Positions 1-8,372 of a stretch of DNA of 64,000 nt are shown here, one piece after another; position 1 is the stretch's first letter, and each line of letters starts with the position of its first letter. Source of the DNA: Gemmatimonadota bacterium (GTDB lineage: Bacteria; Gemmatimonadota; Gemmatimonadetes; Gemmatimonadales; GWC2-71-9); the NCBI GenBank assembly GCA_003251175.1, contig QKHC01000030.1, positions 5,228 to 69,227 of the forward strand. The letters are read 5' to 3'. Below the pieces are notes generated by a model. It made no database searches and was not told where the DNA came from. It was given only the letters and a program-made list of their open reading frames with translations. A program made the position numbers and the translations under genes.

Positions 1-1286
1 TCCGGATGCTGCTCGACCACGGGGCGGACCGGTACGCGCGGGACCGGTTCGGGAATACCGCGCTGGACGCTGTGGCGGCGCCGTTCGATGACGTCAAAGC
101 GATGTACGACCGCTTCGCCCGGGCGCTGAGGCCGGTGGGGCTACACCTCGACTACGACCGGATCCGCAACGCCCGGCCCCGAGTCATGGAGATGCTGCGT
201 CCGTCACCCGAGGAGCTGGCCGGCGTGGACTACACACCGCTCCCCGGGAACTGGAAGGTGTCGACGCCGGCGGCGCAGGGACTCGACGCGCGCCTCGTGG
301 CGGAGCTCTATCGCTATGCCGGGACGCTATCCACCCTCTATGGACTGCTGGTGATCAAGCACGACCACCTCGTCGCAGAGCGGTACTTCAATGCGGGCTC
401 GATTGACCAGCTGTCGGGCCGGCAGTCCGCGACCAAGAGCTTCACCTCGGCGTTGGTCGGGGTCGCACTCGACCGCGGCTGCCTGTCGAGTGTGGATCAG
501 AAGCTGCTGGAGTTCTTTCCGGAGCTGGCGGAGCAGATCGTCGACCCGCGCAAGCGGCGGATCACGATCCGCCACCTGCTACAGATGCGCGGCGGGTATC
601 CGTGGGAGGAACGCGTGCCCCCGCATTTCGAGCTGCTGTTCTTCACTGACAACTGGCACTGGCTGCCGCACATCGTCGATTTTCCGCTCACCGACGATCC
701 GGGAGCCGCATTCGGGTACAGCAATCTGACTTCACACCTGCTGGGGGTCATCGTGGCCCGGGCGTGCGACACGGATCTGAAGTCGTTCGCCCAGGCGCAC
801 CTGCTCGCACCGATCGGCGCGGAGGTGGGTGCCTGGACGGCCGATCCCGACGGCTACAACTGGGGTTGGGGTGAGCTGCACGTCACGGCCCGCGACATGG
901 CCAGGTTTGGCGCGCTGTACCTCCACGAGGGGCGGCATCAGGACCGCCAGGTCCTGCCCGCCGACTGGGTCACGGCCTCCCTGCACCGATATTCGGAGGG
1001 GATGTACGACAATGCATGGCATGACGAGCGCAGTCACTACCAGGGCCCGTACCTGCGAGATGTGGGCTACGGCTACCAGTGGTGGTCAGGCCGGTTCGGC
1101 GAGCACCAGTTCGACTTCGCGTGGGGCCATGGGGGCAACCTCATCATCCTGCTGCATGAGCTCGACATGATCGTCGTCACGACCGCGGATCCGCTGTACG
1201 AGCACCCCTCGACGTCGGGATGGCCGTTCGAGGTGGCGATCATCAATCTCGTCGGCCGTTTCATCCGCTCGCTCCCGACCGAGTGA
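1..1286 (+). CDS. Ankyrin-repeat / beta-lactamase-fold serine hydrolase fusion (5' end truncated by the window edge)
   Basis: The N-terminus 'LLDHGADRYARDRFGNTALDAV' is an ankyrin repeat. Downstream there is an S-x-x-K motif (SATK) in a class-C beta-lactamase/esterase-like context. The ORF is open to the window start. Confidence 0.7.
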   Translation, partial: RMLLDHGADRYARDRFGNTALDAVAAPFDDVKAMYDRFARALRPVGLHLDYDRIRNARPRVMEMLRPSPEELAGVDYTPLPGNWKVSTPAAQGLDARLVAELYRYAGTLSTLYGLLVIKHDHLVAERYFNAGSIDQLSGRQSATKSFTSALVGVALDRGCLSSVDQKLLEFFPELAEQIVDPRKRRITIRHLLQMRGGYPWEERVPPHFELLFFTDNWHWLPHIVDFPLTDDPGAAFGYSNLTSHLLGVIVARACDTDLKSFAQAHLLAPIGAEVGAWTADPDGYNWGWGELHVTARDMARFGALYLHEGRHQDRQVLPADWVTASLHRYSEGMYDNAWHDERSHYQGPYLRDVGYGYQWWSGRFGEHQFDFAWGHGGNLIILLHELDMIVVTTADPLYEHPSTSGWPFEVAIINLVGRFIRSLPTE

Positions 1287-1467
1287 CCGTGCGCCCGGTG
1301 TGCTCATCGGGAGAGGACGAGCGGGATCGGCACCGCGTCCGGTCCGCGCGGAAGCAGGTGTCCGGACAGCCGATCCCGGCCCCGGCCAATACGAGATCGA
1401 CGAGCCGGGAGCCATCCGGCTGCCGCGGAATCACCGGAGCCGCTAGGTTAGGACGCGGCCACACCGC

Positions 1468-1538
1468 TGGCCCCTCGTCCAATGGCAGGACACCGGACTT
1501 TGGATCCGGGAATCTTGGTTCGAATCCAAGGGGGCCAA
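1468..1538 (+). tRNA. tRNA-Gln (anticodon UUG)
   Basis: Hand-folded cloverleaf. Acceptor stem TGGCCCC/GGGGCCA; D stem GTCC/GGAC; anticodon stem CCGGA/TCCGG with loop CT-TTG-GA; T arm CTTGG-TTCGAAT-CCAAG; discriminator A. CCA is not encoded. Length 71 nt. Confidence 0.9.
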
Positions 1539-1675
1539 TGGCCGTTCCATCCATTCACCGCAGGCACCCTGCCCTCAACGCCACCCTCGCGCCGTCCTAG
1601 CCGCGTCCAGCGCCCGCCGTTACGTTGATCCCCTCGCGAGCGATCAGGTGCCCAGCACCGGGAGGATCCGAATCA

Positions 1676-3604
1676 ATGATCGACATGCTGAGACATACCG
1701 CCCTAGGCTTCCTGGCCGTGGGGCTGCTTGCTCCCGCCGCCCTCGCGCAGGACCCGGTCCCTCCCAGGGAGGGCCTCGAGGAGGCGTTCAAGTCGCAGCA
1801 GCATTTCTCCCCCTACGCGGGGCGCAATTTCCCGACACAAGTGTTCTGGGGCGATACCCACCTGCACACCGGGATGTCGATGGACGCCGGAGCCTTCGGC
1901 GCGCGACTCGGTCCGGAAGACGCCTATCGCTTCGCGCGCGGGGAAGAAGTCACGTCCTCCACCGGTCTTCAGGTCAAGCTGTCGCGACCGCTCGATTTCC
2001 TCGTCGTGGCTGACCATTCCGACAACATGGGGTTCTTCCCGCGGTTGTTCGCGGGCGATCCCGCGATGCTCGCCGATCCGACCGGGAAACGGTGGTATGA
2101 CATGGTCCAGGAAGGCGGGCAACGGGGCGTGGACGCGGCGGTCGAGATCATCGTGGCCTTCTCGCAGAACAAGTTCCCCGGCGCACTCGCTTCCCTGCCC
2201 GGGAGCCCGGCGTATCGCTCAGCATGGGAGCAGACGATTAACGCGGCCGAGAAGTACAACGACCCGGGCCGGTTCACGGCGTTCATCGGCTACGAATGGA
2301 CCTCGAACACGGGGGGCAACAACCTGCATCGCGTCGTGATCTATCGCGACGACGGCGAGAAAGCTGGCGTGATGGAGCCCTACACCACACTCAAGCCGAG
2401 CGGCAGCGACAATCCCCGCGATCTCTGGAAGTGGATGGCGACCTATCAGGAGCGCACGGGTGGACAGGTTCTCGCGATCCCGCACAATGGCAACCTCAGC
2501 AACGGGATCATGTTTCCGATCCGTGACAGCTTCACTGGTCGGGCCTTTGATCGCGCGTACGCGGAGACCCGGTCCCGGTGGGAGCCGCTGTACGAAGCGA
2601 CGCAGATCAAGGGTGACGGGGAGACGCACCCCTACCTGTCGACCACCGACGAGTTCGCCGACTACGAGACCTGGGCCAAGGGGAACCTCGATCTCAGCGT
2701 TCCGAAGCAGAACGACATGCTGCAGTACGAGTACGCGCGCCGGGCCCTCCAGATCGGGCTGCAACTCGAGCGCCAGCTCGGGGTGAATCCGTACAAGTTC
2801 GGCATGATCGGATCGACCGACAGCCACACGGGGTTGGCCACCGCCGAGGAAGAGAACTTCTTCGGCAAGCACTCCGGCACGGAGCCGAGCCCAGCGCGTT
2901 ACAAACACCCGATGGCCGAGGCGCCGACCGGCAGGTACGAGAGCTGGGACATGGTGGCGTCGGGTCTCGCGGCCGTGTGGGCGAGGGAGAACACGCGCGA
3001 AGCGCTGTTCGACGCGATGCGGCGAAAGGAGACCTACGCGACCACCGGCCCCCGCATGCTGGTGCGGTTCTTCGGCGGCTGGGAGTTCGCGGCGCAGGAT
3101 GCGATGAGTCGCCTCCCCGCCAATGCCGGATACACCAAAGGCGTCCCGATGGGCGGCGACCTCCCTCCTCGCGGTGACCACACGGCGCCGACGTTCCTCG
3201 TCGCCGCGCTCAAGGACCCCCTGTCCGGGAACCTCGACCGCATCCAGATCGTCAAGGGGTGGCTCGATCGCAGTGGCGAGCGCCACGAACGGGTCTACGA
3301 CGTCGTGTGGTCCGGCGACCGCCAGCCGGGTGACGAAGGGAAGCTCCCAGCCGTCGGCAACACTGTGGACGTCGCCAACGCGACCTGGACCAACACGATC
3401 GGCGCCCCCGAGCTGATCACCGTGTGGACCGACCCCGACTTCGACGCGTCACTCCCTTCGGTCTACTACGCCCGGGTGATCGAGATCCCGACGCCGCGCT
3501 GGACCGCCTACGAGGCCAAACGCTTCGGCATCACGCTGCCGGACGGCGTGCCCATGATCACGCAGGAACGCGCGTACACGTCACCGATCTGGTACGCGCC
3601 GTAA
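1676..3604 (+). CDS. Secreted DUF3604-family (PHP-like metal-dependent) protein
   Basis: Signal peptide MIDMLRHTALGFLAVGLLAPAALAQ, followed by the 'FWGDTHLHTGMS' motif typical of DUF3604. A GGGAGGA SD lies ~12 nt upstream of the ATG at 1676. Confidence 0.75.
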   Translation: MIDMLRHTALGFLAVGLLAPAALAQDPVPPREGLEEAFKSQQHFSPYAGRNFPTQVFWGDTHLHTGMSMDAGAFGARLGPEDAYRFARGEEVTSSTGLQVKLSRPLDFLVVADHSDNMGFFPRLFAGDPAMLADPTGKRWYDMVQEGGQRGVDAAVEIIVAFSQNKFPGALASLPGSPAYRSAWEQTINAAEKYNDPGRFTAFIGYEWTSNTGGNNLHRVVIYRDDGEKAGVMEPYTTLKPSGSDNPRDLWKWMATYQERTGGQVLAIPHNGNLSNGIMFPIRDSFTGRAFDRAYAETRSRWEPLYEATQIKGDGETHPYLSTTDEFADYETWAKGNLDLSVPKQNDMLQYEYARRALQIGLQLERQLGVNPYKFGMIGSTDSHTGLATAEEENFFGKHSGTEPSPARYKHPMAEAPTGRYESWDMVASGLAAVWARENTREALFDAMRRKETYATTGPRMLVRFFGGWEFAAQDAMSRLPANAGYTKGVPMGGDLPPRGDHTAPTFLVAALKDPLSGNLDRIQIVKGWLDRSGERHERVYDVVWSGDRQPGDEGKLPAVGNTVDVANATWTNTIGAPELITVWTDPDFDASLPSVYYARVIEIPTPRWTAYEAKRFGITLPDGVPMITQERAYTSPIWYAP

Positions 3605-3630
3605 CGCACGCGCGCACCCGACCAGTACGA

Positions 3631-3661
3631 GACGGCCCCCGGGTGGGGGCCGTCTTTCGTT
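3631..3661 (+). terminator. Rho-independent terminator after the DUF3604 gene
   Basis: Perfect 10-bp GC stem GACGGCCCCC / GGGGGCCGTC with loop GGGT, followed by TTTCGTT. It lies between convergent genes. Confidence 0.6.
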
Positions 3662-3682
3662 CCTGGCTGTACCCGAGGTGCC

Positions 3683-4303
3683 CTACCCGCGCATCCGCAC
3701 CGACCAGCCGAGGAGCAGCAGTCCGGTGGCGACTACCCAGCTCCCGGCCACGCGGACCGCAATGCGCATCCAGGATCGTGAGAGGGAAACGACCAACGCG
3801 GACATGAGCGCAGCCACCACAAACAGTGACACGGTGACGCCGAGCAGGCCCAGCACACCCAGCCGCGCCGCGGCCATGGCCGCACCGTTGGTCGTGCCGT
3901 GGACGATCCCGAGCAGGACGGCGAGGCCGATCACCCAGCGCGTCGGCAACGGCGCGTTGGCCGCGAGCACGCCGCCACAGACGAGCAGCGACAGGATGCT
4001 CATGACGGCCGGCGGGGACACGCCGACCCACAGGCCAACCACGCCAGCAGCCAGCCACGCCGCCGGCAACGCGAACAGGACCCCGCGTCCCGCGTCGCGA
4101 CCGCGCAGACCGGCAAAGAGCGTAATGGCAAGCACCGGGAGCAGATCCTCCACGGTGAGGAACAGGTGCCCGATGCCGTCGAAGACCGGCCCCAGCCCCG
4201 TCGTCACGAGGTGTGCCCAAGCGGGCTGCGGGAACAGCATGACCGCGAGCACCGCGATGGCGACCGCCCGCAACCCGACGCGGCTCAAGCGCGCGCCGCT
4301 CAC
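3683..4303 (-). CDS. Divergent HupE/UreJ-like membrane protein
   Basis: The GTG start overlaps the upstream stop (GTGA). Signal peptide ends ...PAWA|H, exposing an N-terminal His. Multi-TM. 'IVHGTTNG' replaces the canonical FHGxAHGxE motif. Confidence 0.55.
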   Translation of the reverse strand: MSGARLSRVGLRAVAIAVLAVMLFPQPAWAHLVTTGLGPVFDGIGHLFLTVEDLLPVLAITLFAGLRGRDAGRGVLFALPAAWLAAGVVGLWVGVSPPAVMSILSLLVCGGVLAANAPLPTRWVIGLAVLLGIVHGTTNGAAMAAARLGVLGLLGVTVSLFVVAALMSALVVSLSRSWMRIAVRVAGSWVVATGLLLLGWSVRMRG

Positions 4304-4863
4304 CTGACCGCCTGCCAGAGGAAAAACACCCCCACCGCAGCCACCCCACCCCCCAACACGCGCAGTGCCTGGCGACCGCGTGGCCAGCGATGCGCCACCC
4401 CGATGGTGATGCCGGCCGCGTGCAGCAAGCCCGTTGAGATCACGAAGCCGAGACTGTAGAACACGGCGCTCTGGTCTGCACCCAGCTCGGTGCCATGGGC
4501 GTGACCGTGAAAGATCGCGAAGCATCCCACCAGGATGGCGGCCACCCAGAGCGCTGGCCGTGCCTCGAACAGCACCATGATGCCGAGGAGAACGCCGGAC
4601 AGCGCAATGCCGACCTCGATGGCGGGCAGTGGAATCCCCATGAGCCCGAGCATCCCGCCGAAAGCCATGACCATGGGAAAGGTCACCGGCAGGACCCACA
4701 CCGCCGGCGCGCCGAGCTGCGCACCCCACATGCCCACCGCCACCATAGCCACCACGTGATCGAGACCTGAGATCGGGTGGTGGAGCCCGGCCAGTAGTCC
4801 CGCCGCCTGGCCGCGCTCGTCATGCGCCCACAGGGCCGGGGCGATCACCGTCACGAGCGCCAT
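4300..4863 (-). CDS. hupE: HupE/UreJ family Ni/Co transporter
   Basis: 'HHPISGLDH' matches Hx5DH and 'FHGHAHGTE' matches FHGx[AV]HGxE. Signal peptide ...ALWA|HDE. About 188 aa counted from the ATG at 4863. Confidence 0.8.
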   Translation of the reverse strand: MALVTVIAPALWAHDERGQAAGLLAGLHHPISGLDHVVAMVAVGMWGAQLGAPAVWVLPVTFPMVMAFGGMLGLMGIPLPAIEVGIALSGVLLGIMVLFEARPALWVAAILVGCFAIFHGHAHGTELGADQSAVFYSLGFVISTGLLHAAGITIGVAHRWPRGRQALRVLGGGVAAVGVFFLWQAVR

Positions 4864-4967
4864 CGCGAGTCCGGCGGCCCGGAGGGCGTCCCGTCGGGCT
4901 CGGCATCGCCGCGTCGCGAGCAGCGCGCGGGAAGTCGGTCGATCCACCACGAGTCCGGCAGCGAGTC

Positions 4968-5969
4968 TCACAGCGCCGCGATCAGAATGGCGGTGCGTTG
5001 TATGGTCCAGTAGGCGCCGAGCGTGCCGATGGCATACGCGGGCAGCGCCGAGGCCCAGCGGGGCCACGGGACCTCAAGCACGCGAAACGAGCGCGCGAGC
5101 AGCAGCACCAGCGCGACAAACACCAGCTGGCCGATCTCGACGCCGACATTGAACAGCAGCAGCGCGAGCGGGATCTCGGCGTGCGGAAGACCGAGCGTGG
5201 TGAGGCCGCTGGCGAAGCCGAAGCCGTGGAGCAGACCGAAGGCGAACGCCACGACCCACGGATTCCGAATGGTGAGGCTCGTTCCCCCGTTCCGGGCGCG
5301 TACGATTTCCGGCCCCAGGAAGAGAATCGAGAGCGCGATCGCGGCATTGAGCGCCAGCACCGGCGCGCTGGCGTACCCCAGGGTCGCCATGCCGAGGGTC
5401 ACACTGTGCGCGACCGTGAACGCCGTGATCGTCTTGACGAGCATGCGGGTGCCGCGCACGATCAGGAGCAGACCGAGCACGAACAGTAGGTGGTCGACGC
5501 CGAGGAGAATGTGGTCGACCCCGAGCCGCAGGTACGATAATGAACGCTGCATTGCGCTCGTCGCCCCGCCAAAGGTCACTGAGGGATTCACCGGCCTGAG
5601 CATGTAGGTCTCCAGCCGTCCGTCACGGTGATGGAGCCGCACCAGGACATCCGTGATCGTGGCTTCGAGCCCCGCGATGACGATCGTCTTGCCGTCGATC
5701 CCGTCTCGGCAGCGCAGCGTGCCCCGCACGACCAGCGCGCCCGGCGTGATCTGCTGGCGGTCGCGACTCGCGAAGCGGCACGCCGGTGGGAACAGCGGTG
5801 ACAGGCGAAGCTCCACTTCCCCACCCGACGGCTGTTTCCAGAGCAGCAGATACACGCCCGGCTCGGTCTCGCGCAGATCCAGCAGACCGGGTCGGACCTC
5901 GTGCCCCCTGGCCTCGGCGGGACAGAGCACCACGAGAAGAACGACGCACACCGCCAGCGCGCGGGTCAT
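4968..5969 (-). CDS. HupE/UreJ_2-type membrane protein with an N-terminal periplasmic domain
   Basis: Signal peptide, then a ~130-aa soluble domain, then a TM region containing 'GVDHILLGVDHLLF' and 'LLHGFGFASG'. ATGA overlap with the upstream ppiC-like gene. Confidence 0.65.
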   Translation of the reverse strand: MTRALAVCVVLLVVLCPAEARGHEVRPGLLDLRETEPGVYLLLWKQPSGGEVELRLSPLFPPACRFASRDRQQITPGALVVRGTLRCRDGIDGKTIVIAGLEATITDVLVRLHHRDGRLETYMLRPVNPSVTFGGATSAMQRSLSYLRLGVDHILLGVDHLLFVLGLLLIVRGTRMLVKTITAFTVAHSVTLGMATLGYASAPVLALNAAIALSILFLGPEIVRARNGGTSLTIRNPWVVAFAFGLLHGFGFASGLTTLGLPHAEIPLALLLFNVGVEIGQLVFVALVLLLARSFRVLEVPWPRWASALPAYAIGTLGAYWTIQRTAILIAAL

Positions 5970-6820
5970 GACGAGCTGTCTGCGAGCTGCACGTCCACCC
6001 GATAGCGGCCCAGCAATCGTTCGTACATCTGCTCGATCCGCGCCGCCCGCTGCGCCGCCATCAGGTCACGCTCCACGACGGCGCGGATCTCATCCAGCGG
6101 CGGCAGCCGCCCCTCACGTCGCTCCCGCACGAACACGAGATGCAGGCCGTACCCCGACTCCACCGGGCCGGCCCAGTGCCCGGGCTCGAGGTCCAGGATC
6201 GAGTCGGCGAAAGCCTCGCCGAACACGCGCACCACCTCGGTACGCGAGGCGAGCGGCACCTCCTGCGGCAACAGCAGGGCGCCATCCCCGAGATCGGCGA
6301 TGGGCGCATCCGGCCCGCTGCGTTCAAGCCGGGCGCGGACCCGCTGTGCGTCGCCGATTACAGCCGCGCCGCGGGCGTCCTGGCGGAAATACACCTGGCG
6401 AAACGCCACCTGGGGATCGGTGCGGTAGACATCGGCATGCGCATCGAGCCAGTTCTGGAGGGCCGAATCGGTCGGTGGCACGGCGTCCACGACGTCCTCG
6501 ATCAGGAATTCCAGCTTCTGGCGCAGGCGGCGGCGGATGATCGGGTCGTCGCGATCGAGACCGATGGCGACCGCCTCGCGATAGGCCAGCTCTTCCCGGA
6601 CGTACTCGTCGATGAGGCCTTTCAGCTCGCGCTCGGTGGGCGGGCGCTGCCAGGTGCGGGTGAAGCCCGCCGCGAGTGCCTCGATCTGCCCCCGCCCCAC
6701 CGTGATGCGGTCGCTGCCGACTCCTGCCGGTCCCGCGCGCCAACGCACGAGTCCGAACAGCAGTCCGCCAAGCGCCAAGAAGTGGACCAGGGGCTCGCGC
6801 AGCAGGGATCGGCTGGTCAC
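5966..6820 (-). CDS. Membrane-anchored parvulin-type peptidyl-prolyl isomerase (PpiC/rotamase domain)
   Basis: N-terminal TM helix (LVHFLALGGLLFGLV). C-terminal 'GHWAGPVESGYGLHLVFVRER' is parvulin-like. GTG start. Confidence 0.7.
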   Translation of the reverse strand: MTSRSLLREPLVHFLALGGLLFGLVRWRAGPAGVGSDRITVGRGQIEALAAGFTRTWQRPPTERELKGLIDEYVREELAYREAVAIGLDRDDPIIRRRLRQKLEFLIEDVVDAVPPTDSALQNWLDAHADVYRTDPQVAFRQVYFRQDARGAAVIGDAQRVRARLERSGPDAPIADLGDGALLLPQEVPLASRTEVVRVFGEAFADSILDLEPGHWAGPVESGYGLHLVFVRERREGRLPPLDEIRAVVERDLMAAQRAARIEQMYERLLGRYRVDVQLADSSS

Positions 6821-6929
6821 GGGTCGAGGTCTTCAGTCCGGAAGCTGATAACTAGCGCTCGAATCCGGGTGCGGCAAGGCGATGGTGGGAATGGCGGCCC
6901 GATGGCGCGCGGAGGGGCTTGCGCGAACT

Positions 6930-6948
6930 TACTTTGCGGTACAAAGTA
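6930..6948. promoter_or_regulatory. AT-rich perfect palindrome TACTTTG-N5-CAAAGTA in a divergent intergenic region
   Basis: Read directly from the sequence. It stands out against the GC-rich background. It lies between the ppiC-like gene (-) and the membrane/cupin genes (+). Confidence 0.35.
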
Positions 6949-6974
6949 CAGACCGATCGCCGACCTCGGAGCCC

Positions 6975-7355
6975 GTGCCCGTGACCGCCATCGAGCGATA
7001 CTTCGTTACGCCGGTCTACTTCCCGCGACACGCATGGGGCGTGGTCAGCTGGTGGGAGTCCCGCCGCCCAATGTTCAATGTCGCCGTCGGCGGCGCGGGC
7101 CTGCTCTCGTGGCGCCCGCCATTCCCGTGGCTGCCGGTGCTCCTGTACGGGCTGCTCGCCAACGTGGGCTACAGCATCGGTGCGCCAGTCGACCTGCTGC
7201 TGCGCCGCCTGCTCGGCGTCCGCGCCGCCGCCCTCGGGCCCGCGCTGTTCCGCTACGGCTTCGTGTTCTCGCTCGGGCTGACCCTGCTGCCAATTCCCCT
7301 CTCCGCCCTGGGCTGGGTCGCACGCCTGCTCTTCCGCTGGCCGTGCTCGACGTGA
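6975..7355 (+). CDS. Hypothetical small membrane protein
   Basis: Hydrophobic segments (LLSWRPPFPWLPVLLYGLLANVGY; FVFSLGLTLLPIPLSALGWV). The start is uncertain (GTG at 6975 or 6981; the track ORF begins at 6882). Confidence 0.35.
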   Translation: MPVTAIERYFVTPVYFPRHAWGVVSWWESRRPMFNVAVGGAGLLSWRPPFPWLPVLLYGLLANVGYSIGAPVDLLLRRLLGVRAAALGPALFRYGFVFSLGLTLLPIPLSALGWVARLLFRWPCST

Positions 7356-7699
7356 TCCTGCGGCGTTTCGACGCCCCGGACGAAACGCGCCGCTTTCCCA
7401 GGGGCCGCTTCGATGTGGTCAGCGTCGGCGGTATCACGCTCGGGCGCGCGACCTACGAGCCCGGCTGGAAATGGTCCGAGGACGTCGGCCCACAGGTCGG
7501 CGCCGAGCGGTGCCATGTCGAGCACGTCGGCCTGGTGCTTCAGGGATGCGCCACCGCGGCGTTCGCCGACGGCCGGGTGATCGAACTGCGACCCGGGACC
7601 CTGTTTCACATCCCCGCCGAACCGCATGACTCCTGGGTCGTGGGCGATGAGCCCTACATCTCCCTCCACTTCCTCGGCGCGAGCAGCTACGCCCGCTAG
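7343..7699 (+). CDS. Cupin-domain protein
   Basis: This is the C-terminal part of the 519-aa track ORF: 'HVEHVGLVLQGCATAAFADGRVIELRPGTLFHIPAEPHDSWVVGDEP' is a cupin-like beta-barrel pattern. The upstream part of that ORF is antisense to the ppiC-like gene. The GTG start is inferred. Confidence 0.6.
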   Translation: MLDVILRRFDAPDETRRFPRGRFDVVSVGGITLGRATYEPGWKWSEDVGPQVGAERCHVEHVGLVLQGCATAAFADGRVIELRPGTLFHIPAEPHDSWVVGDEPYISLHFLGASSYAR

Positions 7700-7744
7700 C
7701 TCGCAACTCGGAGCGCCGAGTGCGCGACGCCCAGACCAGCTCAG

Positions 7745-8227
7745 TCAGCTGCCGGGCGGCCCGCGCCGCGGACCGGCTCGGAACAGAACTGGCTTGGGCA
7801 GCGCGTCGAATCGCGTCTGCTGCCCGGCCGTCAGGAGGTTGCGGATCGTGGCGTGCCACATGTCCGCCTCGGCCTGAAAGTCCTCGAACTCGGCGCGCGC
7901 GCTGTCGCCGCGGGCGCGCCACGTCGTCCGCTCCGCATCGGTGAGATCCTGGAATGAGCGGCCGCCCAGACTCGCCTGCATCTCCTGGCGCAGCTGGGCA
8001 CGGCGCCGCGCGGCCTCGCCCATCACCGTATTGAGGGCACCGTAGGGCTCGGCGACTGTGGCGCGCTGTTCCGCCGACAAGCCCACCGCCGCCGCGAGTG
8101 AGTCCAGGGTCAGCCAATGATCGGGGAGCGGCGGGGGTCGCTGGGGCCCGCCCGGTCCCTGGGGCCGCTGGGCGGCGGCGGGCACAGTGGCGAGGACCAT
8201 GAGAACGGCGAGGGCGAGCTGACGCAT
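7745..8227 (-). CDS. Secreted Spy/CpxP-like (LTxxQ-motif) periplasmic protein
   Basis: Signal peptide MRQLALAVLMVLATVPAAAQ. Helical, with LSAEQ and LTAGQ motifs. Confidence 0.5.
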   Translation of the reverse strand: MRQLALAVLMVLATVPAAAQRPQGPGGPQRPPPLPDHWLTLDSLAAAVGLSAEQRATVAEPYGALNTVMGEAARRRAQLRQEMQASLGGRSFQDLTDAERTTWRARGDSARAEFEDFQAEADMWHATIRNLLTAGQQTRFDALPKPVLFRAGPRRGPPGS

Positions 8228-8372
8228 GGGTGAGGCTCCAGTGTGTGATGAGTGATACGCACGGTGACGCCGGTCGGTTGGACGAGGGCGAAATGGGGCT
8301 CGTTAAGCCCGGAGCGGCCGTCGCCCAACCCCTTCACGCCGAGGAGGTTACCGACTAGCTTCCAGCGCTCTT

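Noticed and set aside
1468-3700. A possible genomic island integrated at tRNA-Gln.
   Set aside because: There is no integrase, no direct repeat of the tRNA 3' end that I could see, and no compositional shift. The downstream genes look like ordinary chromosomal genes.
6937-6951. GGTACAAAGTAC as a cyanobacterial-type LexA box (RGTAC-N3-DGTWCB).
   Set aside because: The spacing and the second half-site do not fit the consensus. The simpler description is the 7-N5-7 palindrome reported above.
8276-8330. Nested GC hairpins (GGGCGA...TCGCCC enclosing GGGCT-cgtta-AGCCC) upstream of prs, considered as a possible riboswitch.
   Set aside because: I cannot match them to any riboswitch class from memory. 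GC-rich intergenic DNA folds readily. An Rfam scan would be needed before making any claim.
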